From contig JAANOX010000205.1 of assembly GCA_020184695.1 (NCBI GenBank), positions 62,001-126,000 of the forward strand: a stretch of DNA of 64,000 nt, written 5' to 3'. The notes beneath the pieces were generated by a model. That model was not told the DNA's origin. It saw nothing but the letters and a program-made list of their open reading frames with translations, and did no database searches. Position 1 is the first letter of the stretch, and the number at the start of each line of letters is the position of its first letter. The stretch is from Histomonas meleagridis 2922-C6/04-290x (lineage: Eukaryota; Protista; Parabasalia). The position numbers and the translations under genes are program-made. Of the stretch, positions 1 through 10,390 are shown piece by piece.

Positions 1-240
1 TGATTTACTGGTTATAAATGTATATTGATTTTACTATTTATACATGTATATTGATTTACTGGTTATAAATGTATATTGATTTACTATTTATACATGTATA
101 TTGATTTACTAGTTATAAATGTATATTGATTTACTATTTATACATGTATATTGATTTACTGGTTATAAATGTATATTGATTTACTATTTATACATGTATA
201 TTGATTTACTGGTTATAAATGTTTATAGATTTACTAGTTA
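1..240. repeat. Tandem minisatellite, ~50-bp dimer of two ~25-bp subunits
   Basis: Alternating TTGATTTACTGGTTATAAATGTATA and TTGATTTACTATTTATACATGTATA units, decaying near 220-240; runs off the window edge. Confidence 0.9.
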
Positions 241-622
241 TGGATGAATGATATCATTTGTATTTAATTGATGGTTTTTTCTTCATTTAAAATTTGATTT
301 CCATATTTTCAAAACATAATATAAATAGGTACATAAATTTTATCCTTCTTGAAATTAAACATTTATTTTTGGATGAGAACACTTTTGAATATGTAATCCA
401 ATCAGAACTTTGATAATATATATTAATATGATGGATAACACGACACATTATAAAATATATTGAAGAAGATGTATAAAATATTTAAACTAAACCAATGTTT
501 ATTTATCATATTCATAAACGCATATTGCATTTGGTTATATTGCAAAACCTTATGTTGATTCTTTGTTTTGACGAATAATTAAATGTATATGTATGTACAT
601 ATTTATTTATTAGTTTCAAATA

Positions 623-2789
623 TTAAATGTGATTAAAATATTTATCATCTTCAAAATCTTTAGCAAATGGATCTTCTTCCGCATTAGCTGCAGTCAATCC
701 AACTGAAAAATTATTAACTTGTAAAACATCTGTTTGTATTACATCATCTGTTTCTTTTTCGAGAGATTTATTATTTCGATTTTTGTGAATATTATGAATT
801 AAAATTATAATAATTGTTATAATTATAAGAATGAAAATAACAACACAAATAACAATTATAACAATAATATTCGTTTCATTATTTTGTTGGTTATCTTTTT
901 CTTTATATTGAATAATAGTATAAAATTCAGAATAAAATTTAATATATGTCGAATAAAAAATAATCGTATATTCATAATGAATTAAAAATGTATTAGCATA
1001 AATATGTGTAGATTCAATTTTTGTTAATATCATTGAATTTATTATAAAACTTTTCGTTAATATCGTTTGCGTAAATGAATTCGTATATGTAACAATAAAT
1101 GAATGCGATAATGATGTAAATAATGGAAATGAATTCGTTATTATATTTATCAATGTCATTGACTGACTAAATGTATTCGATTTTCTAAATGTATCTGATT
1201 TACTAAATGAATATGATTCTGTAAATGAATTTGATTTAGTGAATGTTTGTGTTGATGGCTCCTTTGATAGAAAGAAATGCGATGTATTACTCAATGTACC
1301 ATAGTTATCGATTGATGCAACATGGACATAAAGATCGCCATCCTTAATATTTGATATTGTTACATTTGTTGTTTTGTAAGCGTTCGTGCTATCTTTCGTA
1401 ATATTTGTGCTTTCATTTTCATCAATAATATAATAATATTCTTTGACATATGTAGTAAGATTAAATTGAACTATTTGTGAAGTATAAGATGCATTTTCAT
1501 TTATTGTTTTACCATTAACTTTATAATTAATAATTTCTGTTACATAATTATTATCTGTATTGATTTCAACTGATCGTTCACCTTCGATTCTTGTTATATT
1601 TGGTGGATTTAGTTTATGCGGTTCTAATGAATTATCATATGAATATTGAAGTGGCGTTCGTTGATATAAATAATAAATAGTATTCACAAGAAGTTGTCGC
1701 TCATATAATGTTGCACTTGCTAATATATGTCCTGTTTGAATCATCGCTGTGTTTTTATATGTTGTCAAATAATAATGTGGATTTCCATATCTTAACTCTG
1801 AATATCCGTCAAGTTCCCATGAATATGATTCAACTTCTGTAAAATTTCCATCAGATCCAATAGCAAATTCGCCGAGTTCAGCCCAAACATCACCAAATGC
1901 TGCATTTGAATTTGTGCATGTTAAATTTATTGGTAAAACGCCACTTGGAATGTTGTACGGATAATTAGTAACTAAACCACGATTTGTGACTTTGATTTCA
2001 TAAGAATAATGACTCCAACTTGAACTAAATGTGCCTGGAGAGCAATAACCAGAAACAGAACATGGCTCTGTTCCAAGTTTAATTCCAAATTTGTCTGCAA
2101 TTTTTCCATAGCCAAAAGTGTTCCCATAAAAATAACCAACAACATCATGACCAAACAAAACACCATAACCAAGATCAATATATTGCGAAACACGTTGAAC
2201 TATTTCATTATACGGTTGGCAATAAGGTCCGCCATTACTGTCCATAATACCAATAACAATAATATCATAATTAATCATACTTTCTAAACTCATTGATTCA
2301 AAATCACTATTTGAGATTGCTGTAACATTTATAATTTCTTCTTGCGTATCAAAATTCATTCCAAAACTTTCAAAACTATAATTTGTTCCATTATATATAT
2401 AATAACCTCCTTCAACCCAAACTTTAAGAATAGCAGAAAGTGGAAGTGTAACACTTACTGTTGGTTGTGAATGATACACAAAATTGACTTTAGTGCCTGT
2501 ATTTGGATATACATTAAGCACTTTAATACTTTTTGTTGTGTTGAAATCAAACGTTTTATTTCCAATCCGAACCATTTCTTTGCGAAGAAACTGAATATAT
2601 CAAATCTTGACTTGAATGAAATCCTGTCCAATTCAATAAAACATGATTATTTTCATATTTAACATTGAGGTTGATTTCGTTTGCATTAATTGAAACTATA
2701 AAAAAATTCACAATTAAAATTAAAAATAAATGATTTTTCTTAATTATATGACTTCCTTTTGCTGTTTTAATTATTTTTTGAAGAAACAT
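623..2789 (-). CDS. Type I membrane/surface protein (signal peptide, globular N-terminal domain, Ser/Thr-rich stalk, C-terminal TM), split by a +1 frameshift at AAA-TAA (2561-2556)
   Basis: ATG at 2789 opens MFLQK...LFLILIVNFFIVSINA (signal-like). This frame stops at 2556. The downstream 650-aa ORF has TFTKSNSFTES-type stalk repeats and TM IIVIIVICVVIFILIIITIIIILI. Confidence 0.7.
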
Positions 2790-3053
2790 GAAATGCTCCA
2801 AAATATTCTGCAAAGTTGAATCGATTACATAAAAGTGACTGTATATATTTTTTTGATATAATTTCCTTTTGAATTATCACATAAAATAATTTCCTAAACT
2901 TTTGGAAAAATTTAAATGAGAAAAAAATGATATGAAATCATCATTACATTAAAAAGAATTGTAAACAATTCGCGTAAAAATATTAGAAATTGACACATTA
3001 TTGTATTTCAGCAAAAATAACTTACACGATTCTAGTCTATTTTTATTTATCTA

Positions 3054-4493
3054 TCATTCGGCTTCCTCCTCCTCATCTTTCGAAATTTGGTTGAAGTACA
3101 TTTCGGCCAGTTTCATCAATTCTTCTTCTTTATTATTATGAACGAATTCCGCAATTTGTTCGTTTAATTCCTCCGACTTTTCACTGATTATTCCAACCTC
3201 ATCGAGTTGCTCAGCAACTTCCCATATGTTAATCATTGTTTCCAGAAACCATTTAAATATTTCAGGATCCATGCAAGATACACAAAATGATCCACAAACG
3301 TCAAAATAATTCAAATGGTCTTCTTCGACCATCTTTTGGTACATTTTATGTAGTTTAGAACTCATTATAACTTTAAAGAATCTAATTATATTAACCTTAA
3401 TATCAAAATTTGAGTCTTCAAAAATCGAAAAAAGTTCCAAAATAAAGTTTTTCTCAACAAGATATTCAATTAAACGATAACATATTTTGAAATAGATGGT
3501 ATCTAATTCTTTCTCTATAACTTGGATAAATATGTCAAGTACAAGAGATCGGGCCTTTTCTATGTTGTGGTTATGAAACAAAGCATATAAGGCATCGAAA
3601 TACCCGATTTTTTTAATTAATATATCTGATTTTGGGCCATCGATTAAAAAGACTACTTTAGAAATAAAGGATAACAAGGGCTCAATAAACTCCGAGTTGG
3701 TATGATTGAGATCTTCACGGCCAACGAGTTTTTTGATTGGATCATCCAAACCGCGATATAAAATGTCATCGTAGTAACGGTCGTTACAGCCCATCAAAAG
3801 ATTCAATGAGGTGATTGAATATTTGACGGTTTGTTCCGTTGGATGCGAATCCAAAATTTGATAGAGAAGATCGAGAAGAGGATGAAGATAATGAGTGAAA
3901 TCGATATATGTGATGATCATGACTATAGATTCAGAAACATACAGCTCATGTTTTGGTGAAAGCATGACTATTTGACGATATGAATTTATGAGTGAATGAA
4001 GATCAAAAGGTAATGATGTAACAGTTTCCATAAAACAGTTTATAACTTGGATACAATAAAGGGTAATGTTGAAATCACCAGAAGTTATAAAATGAAGTGC
4101 TGCTTGAAACATTCCATTATGTGAAAAAAAATTGTAGATATCAGGTAAAAAAAGAGAAAACTTCAATATAAGATCTAATGTACAAGCAATACAAAGAGGA
4201 TCGTTAAGATTTTGAAGACAATTAATAAGAAATGTTCCATAATCATTTGTATAAACAAATGGTATAATTCTTGAATCAGTATCCTCGATTGCTTTTATGA
4301 TGCTTTGGATCGATTGTTGGAATAATACTTCGTTTCTTTTATCAGCAGAAAAAATTGAGTTGCTTACATAATTTTTAATTTCTTCAATCTCTTCCTGTGT
4401 AGGCTCGTACTCACTCTCTGAAGGCTGACTTAGAAACTTTAGCTTATGTATAACTGGCGGGGAATCAAGGATTGTTTTGTAGCTCGTTCGCAT
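3054..4493 (-). CDS. ARM/HEAT-like helical repeat hypothetical protein
   Basis: Long ORF, first ATG at 4493 (MRTSYK), Leu/Ile-rich amphipathic helices, acidic tail. Confidence 0.65.
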   Translation of the reverse strand: MRTSYKTILDSPPVIHKLKFLSQPSESEYEPTQEEIEEIKNYVSNSIFSADKRNEVLFQQSIQSIIKAIEDTDSRIIPFVYTNDYGTFLINCLQNLNDPLCIACTLDLILKFSLFLPDIYNFFSHNGMFQAALHFITSGDFNITLYCIQVINCFMETVTSLPFDLHSLINSYRQIVMLSPKHELYVSESIVMIITYIDFTHYLHPLLDLLYQILDSHPTEQTVKYSITSLNLLMGCNDRYYDDILYRGLDDPIKKLVGREDLNHTNSEFIEPLLSFISKVVFLIDGPKSDILIKKIGYFDALYALFHNHNIEKARSLVLDIFIQVIEKELDTIYFKICYRLIEYLVEKNFILELFSIFEDSNFDIKVNIIRFFKVIMSSKLHKMYQKMVEEDHLNYFDVCGSFCVSCMDPEIFKWFLETMINIWEVAEQLDEVGIISEKSEELNEQIAEFVHNNKEEELMKLAEMYFNQISKDEEEEAE

Positions 4494-5130
4494 TCCCCAA
4501 AAGTGACATGTTGCGAAAAGTTTTCTGAAAAGTAAAACGAATTCTGTGAACAAAAAAATTCACCACACAATTTTCAGAGGTTTTGTGTGTTGGTACCAAC
4601 AGAAATGAAAAGAAACCATCGTACTCACAAAGGCGGTTATAAAATTTCTCTGTGGCCAAGTTGGCTTAAAAGTTTTTTTTTTTGTATTTAGTAAAAGATC
4701 AATCAGCTAAGGTCGATGATTTTTATTGAAATTTGCAACATAGAAAGTACCATGAATAATTTCATATGATTTTTTTTTTTTTTTTGTAATTTGCCATCAT
4801 TTTGTCTAAATGAATTTTTTTATATGATGCCAATATAGTAAAATTGTATGTTTAAAAAAAAATTGTTATTAAATTAGATAATTACTTAATATCTGCTGAA
4901 TGATAAGAAAATTGTTTTGTGTTATTTTCTAGCATAATTTCTAGCATAATTTCTATCATAATATGAAAGTACACAATTCAAGCATTTTGGAATTCATTTT
5001 TATTTTTGAGGAATAAATCTGATTTTTAAATTATTATGTGACTTAATAAATTGAATCATTTTATTTGGCATTATTGATATTTATCAAAATAATTCAGAGG
5101 AATTTACGGCTTGGTCGACCTTTTCGACCA

Positions 5131-5973
5131 ATGTCTGCTAAGATCATCAAGAACTCATCTTACTTTTCACGTTACCAAACCCCATTCCGCAGGAGGCGTG
5201 AATGCAAGACTGATTACGTTCAACGTTCATCTTTGATCCAACAAGACAAGACAAAGTATGGCGCAAAGAAATATCGTCTTGTTGCTCGTATCACAAACAC
5301 AAAGGTCATCGCTCAAATTGTTTATGCAGAACTCGATCATGATGTAACAATGGCCCAAGCCCAATCAACTGAACTTGTTAAGTATGGAATCAAGCTTGGT
5401 CTTGCTAACTATCCAGCAGCCTATTGCACAGGCTTACTTGTTGCTCGTAGACTTCTTAAGAAGCTTGGCCTTGATGAAATCTTCAAGACAGCTGTTAATC
5501 CAGAAGAAGAAGATGAAGATGCTCGCCGCCCATTCAAAGTTCTCCTTGATGTTGGTCTTCGTCGTACAACCACAGGTGCACGTGTTTTCGGTGTTATGAA
5601 AGGTGCTGTTGATGGTGGATTATTTGTTCCACATAGCGACACACGTATTGCTGGTGGTGAAAAGGAAAAGAAGCAAAGGTACTTCATCCTCGGTGGTCAC
5701 ATCGCTGATTACATGAAGAAGCTTAAATCCGAAAACGAAGATGCCTACAAGAGACAATTCTCTCGCTACATCAAAGAAGGCATTGCACCAGAAAACCTTG
5801 AAAAGATCTACACAGAAGCTCACAAAGCTATCCGCGCTAACCCAGATCCAGCTCCAAAGGCAACAACACATTACCAACTCAAGAAACCACACGCAAAGAG
5901 ACTCTCACCAGAAGAACGTAAGAGACTCCTTAATGAGCGCCTTGCTGCTGCTGGTCTTCCACCACGTAACTAA
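5131..5973 (+). CDS. RPL5: 60S ribosomal protein L5 (uL18)
   Basis: YFSRYQTPFRRRRECKTDY, KYRLVARITN, NYPAAYCTGLLVARRLL, LDVGLRRTTTGARVFG motifs; higher GC and biased codon use; ATG at 5131. Confidence 0.97.
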   Translation: MSAKIIKNSSYFSRYQTPFRRRRECKTDYVQRSSLIQQDKTKYGAKKYRLVARITNTKVIAQIVYAELDHDVTMAQAQSTELVKYGIKLGLANYPAAYCTGLLVARRLLKKLGLDEIFKTAVNPEEEDEDARRPFKVLLDVGLRRTTTGARVFGVMKGAVDGGLFVPHSDTRIAGGEKEKKQRYFILGGHIADYMKKLKSENEDAYKRQFSRYIKEGIAPENLEKIYTEAHKAIRANPDPAPKATTHYQLKKPHAKRLSPEERKRLLNERLAAAGLPPRN

Positions 5974-6037
5974 ATAAAGTTACATTTTGACTACTTTTTC
6001 AAATGTTTACATTTTGTTACCGTTTATTATTAAATTT

Positions 6038-7570
6038 ATGGATTTAAACTCTTTTATAACGAATCCAATTGATTTCATATCGAATCTTGCAAATGTATCT
6101 GATATAAAACCTGATTTTGGTTTAAATAATGCAATTAACGAAGCAGTAGCAAATGATCCAAGTTTATTAGAAAAAATACCATTAGTTTCAACATTAGGAC
6201 ATCTACAACTATATCCACCAAACACATTAATAAGACTTAGATGTTCGTTTTTAATGTATCATGACGAAGAGTATTTACCTCTTAGAGTATTCTTTAATAA
6301 CAAATATTATACTCCTTGGACATTTTCAGGCGAATTTCCGGCTGGAACAGATCTTGGAGATGAACGTAATATGATCCAACGATTAAAAATTTTAGTTTCT
6401 TCAATTCCATGTCTTACACATTGGCTTCGAGATATTGAATCACCTGATCCAATATCACCTTCTTCACATTGCACAATTGATTCGAATCAAGTTGTTTCAA
6501 CAGATGATCTTTTTGAAGAATCTTTTCAAGCAATTGTTAGTTTTGCATTTGAAATTCCCGAAAAGCCATCTATACCATTTGATCTTATAGCCGTAATGCA
6601 TGATGTCTTTCCCCTTGCCGCTGAAATGCGTGCTACAAGTGCTGATGCCTTTATTAGTAGCATTCCATCGTTTGTTGCATTTGCGGCATTCCCAGTCAAA
6701 TCACTTTTTTCACCACCTTTACCATCACCAGGTCCAACGCTTCTTGATATTCGATCACGTATCATTTCAATTTTCAATAATATATTTGAACCTTTTGTTT
6801 CAGAATTACTCTTACTTTATCTCATTGGTCGAGTCTCCTCACGTGATCCTCAATCACAACAACCAATTGGCCTATTCTCATTAAATCTGTTTGGAGTAAG
6901 CCCTGCGGCGGCGGCAGCAATTACGCAACTACTTTCATTTGTTTGCACATCAATCAACATCATTCACATTAACCGTCAATCACTTAACCAGAAACCGTTA
7001 AGTCCCGGTGCGAATGGAAGTGAATACAACACAACACAACTTTCAGCTGTAACCGAAACAAGATTAATCATTGACGAAACACAAATGAGTGATGGGAACT
7101 TGAATCAAAATGGTTTAAGTAATATTCAAATACTTCAAGATCTGATTAATTTTCAACATATCCCAATGTTATTCGAAGTATATACACAAACAATAGAAGT
7201 CTCATTTCCAACATTGGTACTTTCAACACATAAATCTTTGCTAAAGACAAACATTTCAATACCTATTGGAGAAATTAAAACATTTTCATTCGAACTTAAT
7301 AAAGTAGAAATGGATATAATTCGGTCGTACATAGAAAATGTTCGATTTAATGAGTTCGGAATTAAATCGGAAGAAGCTGAAAATTTTGTGAAATCGCAAA
7401 TGCAATTGTTGTTGAGTTCAAATGCTAAAGTCACTCAAGACGAACTCAATTTGTTGATGAATATCAATAGGTTAAACAGTATGTCAATTGGTGTGAACGA
7501 TTTTAATCCGCAAGTTTGGGAAAGAACAGCGCAATTGTTTATGAAAATAATGGAATTCAAAGCGAATTGA
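6038..7570 (+). CDS. MCMBP: MCM-binding protein (MCMBP-like)
   Basis: LLLLYLIGRV, IGLFSLNL and LIIDETQMSDGNLNQNGLSNIQIL segments typical of the MCMBP family; ATG at 6038. Confidence 0.8.
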   Translation: MDLNSFITNPIDFISNLANVSDIKPDFGLNNAINEAVANDPSLLEKIPLVSTLGHLQLYPPNTLIRLRCSFLMYHDEEYLPLRVFFNNKYYTPWTFSGEFPAGTDLGDERNMIQRLKILVSSIPCLTHWLRDIESPDPISPSSHCTIDSNQVVSTDDLFEESFQAIVSFAFEIPEKPSIPFDLIAVMHDVFPLAAEMRATSADAFISSIPSFVAFAAFPVKSLFSPPLPSPGPTLLDIRSRIISIFNNIFEPFVSELLLLYLIGRVSSRDPQSQQPIGLFSLNLFGVSPAAAAAITQLLSFVCTSINIIHINRQSLNQKPLSPGANGSEYNTTQLSAVTETRLIIDETQMSDGNLNQNGLSNIQILQDLINFQHIPMLFEVYTQTIEVSFPTLVLSTHKSLLKTNISIPIGEIKTFSFELNKVEMDIIRSYIENVRFNEFGIKSEEAENFVKSQMQLLLSSNAKVTQDELNLLMNINRLNSMSIGVNDFNPQVWERTAQLFMKIMEFKAN

Positions 7571-8029
7571 AAATATAACAAAGAAATTTGTTTTAATATA
7601 TAATAAAGTAAATATTTTTTTTCTTGTTTTTTAAATACTGAAATCGGTACTAAATGTGATTTCTTGTCTGTAATCATATCAATATGCAATTTAATGGTAT
7701 TTCCTATGTATGCTGGATTGATATTAATTCATTATTCAAAATTAAAAATATATGTACCACATTTTACTCGATCTAATGTTTTTAAAAACCAAATAAACTA
7801 ATTTCCCAACCCCCGACATTTTTATATTCAACTCTAACCTTTTAATAATTTTGGAACAACATCTCAATTTCTTTTAGTTTGGGCAGCAAAACAAAGCAAA
7901 GAATGCGCATTCTTGTCAATAATAAAATCATTAAAAATTTCAAGTTTTTGTGATGTTTTCCTAATAATTATTTTAAAAATAAAATTCAAATAGTTTTTAC
8001 AAATAAAAATAGTTGTCTGTGTTATTCTA

Positions 8030-9826
8030 TCATTTCTTTTTTTCCTTTTGCATAACATATGTCAGAAGTAAATGCGCTATAACACTATATAACGCAATCA
8101 CAGCCACTCCTTTTTCCTTAAACACCAAAAAAACAAACAGTATCAGTATAACAGACATTAGCGGGACCGAAACTTTTGACTTTTGCGGCGCATTTATATT
8201 CACATTTGTTGCTTCTTTATGTTTATATAACTCTGTAGTCTCTGCAGTATTATTCGTACCGAACCGAAGTGGAACAAATGGAATTTTTGAACTCATTACA
8301 CGTGATACTTTGGAAACAATCTCATCAGGAACTTTTGGAATGTTGTCTAACTGGATTGTATCAAGCGCAGGTGGCATCACTGAAGGAGACAATGATGTGT
8401 CAAAGTTAGAAATGGATTCAAATTGGCCAAATGAATCATTTGTTGAATCAGCTGATTGATAAAATTGGAAACTATCAGAGTTGGAACTATTGCTTGGAGC
8501 GTACATAGGTGTGTCGGAAGCTGAGCTAATAAATCCGTATGACCCTGTACTATTTTCACTGCTTTTGGAGATCTGTGAAAAAGGCGAGTTAATTGGACCA
8601 AGAGAATCATACGTGTTTCTGTTGAATGTCTTACTCATATGTAAAATGGCGCTTTCAAAGGTATCACTGTTGAAATGATCTTCATATGTAAATGATTTGG
8701 CAGTTGAAAGATTAGTCCGATTAGAAGCATCAGAGTTATCATCTGAGCTTAGGCTAATAAATGTATCACTAAGAAATGTGTTTTCATTAATAATTTCTTC
8801 GTTTTCATTTGAAACGTTTACCGAGAAAGTGTCATCGAAAGCAATTTCTTCGTTAATTTCTTTTTGTGGAATTTGCAATGAAAGAATATCAGAAAGAGTA
8901 TTAATACGATTGAGACGCTTAGCCCGTTTGATAAATGGATGGTTGAGTAGTGCTGAGATGTTCCATCTGTCATTTGGATTTGATTGAACACAATGAGAAA
9001 CGAAATCACAGAATTCTGGGGAGTGTAAATTAGGAAAACGATACCCTGGGAAGCCATTGAGAGTTATTTCTATCATCGCCTTTTCTGGTGAAAATTCGAC
9101 ATATGGAGGTGAACCTTCAGCAAGCTCTACAGCTGTGATACCAACACTCCAAATATCAGAAGAATAACTATATGATGTGTCACTAATGACTTCTGGTGCA
9201 AGCCAATATGGTGTTCCAACAATTGTTTTTGTATCACATGCTCCAGTTGTTTCAAACCTACTAGAAAGACCAAAGTCTGCGATACATATTTTCCCGGAGG
9301 ATGCTAACAGTAAGTTTGCAGATTTGATATCTCGATGGACAATCTGGCATTTTTTATGGATAATTTGGAGACCTTTGAGCAAATCATGCATTACAATAGA
9401 AATTTGGTCTTCGTTTAATACTTGCTTTTTTGCGTCAAGAATATCTCGAAATGAACCCTTATCACAATATTCCATCAAAATCATAAGAGACCCTTCGTAT
9501 AAAACGCACCCATAGTAATGCATTATGTAAGGAGAATTTATTTTCTTGATGAGTTTGATTATATTTTGGATTTCAGTTTTGAATTTTTCATTAACAAGAG
9601 CTGGATTAATAAGTTTCCCAGCAAGAATCTTACCAGAAGGGGTATGAATGATTTTGGAAACTATACCGAAGCCACCTTTTCCAACCAATTTAACTTTGGA
9701 AAAAATTGTTTGAGGATCCACAGTTTCATCAAATGACCAATTCAGTTCTTTGCTGGTATGAGTATGCTGTTTGATTTCGGTTGATTCTGAAGTTTTTGGC
9801 GTATGTGTGGATCTTTTTTTTCTCAT
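8030..9826 (-). CDS. STE20-family Ser/Thr kinase with Ser-rich linker and C-terminal hydrophobic segments
   Basis: GKGGFG, HRDIKSAN, DFG, GTPYWLAPE, DIWSVGITAVELAEGSPP motifs. Confidence 0.92.
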   Translation of the reverse strand: MRKKRSTHTPKTSESTEIKQHTHTSKELNWSFDETVDPQTIFSKVKLVGKGGFGIVSKIIHTPSGKILAGKLINPALVNEKFKTEIQNIIKLIKKINSPYIMHYYGCVLYEGSLMILMEYCDKGSFRDILDAKKQVLNEDQISIVMHDLLKGLQIIHKKCQIVHRDIKSANLLLASSGKICIADFGLSSRFETTGACDTKTIVGTPYWLAPEVISDTSYSYSSDIWSVGITAVELAEGSPPYVEFSPEKAMIEITLNGFPGYRFPNLHSPEFCDFVSHCVQSNPNDRWNISALLNHPFIKRAKRLNRINTLSDILSLQIPQKEINEEIAFDDTFSVNVSNENEEIINENTFLSDTFISLSSDDNSDASNRTNLSTAKSFTYEDHFNSDTFESAILHMSKTFNRNTYDSLGPINSPFSQISKSSENSTGSYGFISSASDTPMYAPSNSSNSDSFQFYQSADSTNDSFGQFESISNFDTSLSPSVMPPALDTIQLDNIPKVPDEIVSKVSRVMSSKIPFVPLRFGTNNTAETTELYKHKEATNVNINAPQKSKVSVPLMSVILILFVFLVFKEKGVAVIALYSVIAHLLLTYVMQKEKKK

Positions 9827-10390
9827 TTTTGACTAAATATGTGGCTTTTGGGCCTATCGATTGTTCTCCCAATTTTTTTTTGTGGATTTTACATTCACTT
9901 AAATTTTGAATTTTGTTCATTCAAAAATTTACGATAAGAATAAAAAAACTTAACGTGCTTGAAAATTGTGGGTAATTTATCAAAAAATAGTGGAAAAGTG
10001 CTAATTTTTTTTATATGGCATTGATATTCAGGAAATAATTTCACCAAAAAGTCCAATGTATTTTATATTGAAAAGTCAAATTAACTCATGTTCAATTGAT
10101 AGAAATTTTAAATATTTATTTTCATGAGACTGAATCTAACATTTGTAATTTCTAAAATTTTTTATAGAAAAGATTAATTCAACAAGTTTTTTGATAATGC
10201 ATAAAAAGAAAAAAATATTTTATTGCAAATTCTAAACAGATATATGCGATGTAAAGTGTACTGTAAATATAATATTTTATATCATTTAAAATGTTCTCCT
10301 ATAAAACAGATAACGATATTTGAATTCGAAGAAAAATTATAATAAAATGAATAAAAAAAAATTATTTATTAACAAAATATCCGCATAAGA

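Noticed and set aside
1-240. CRISPR-like array
   Set aside because: There are no unique spacers, the repeats are directly tandem, the context is eukaryotic and no cas genes are present.
4930-4962. Short 12-bp tandem repeat (CTAGCATAATTT x ~2.7) upstream of RPL5
   Set aside because: Too short to distinguish from local slippage; no evidence of function.
5375-5977. Overlapping alternative-frame and antisense ORFs on RPL5 and other long genes
   Set aside because: These are shadows of codon bias with no recognisable motifs.
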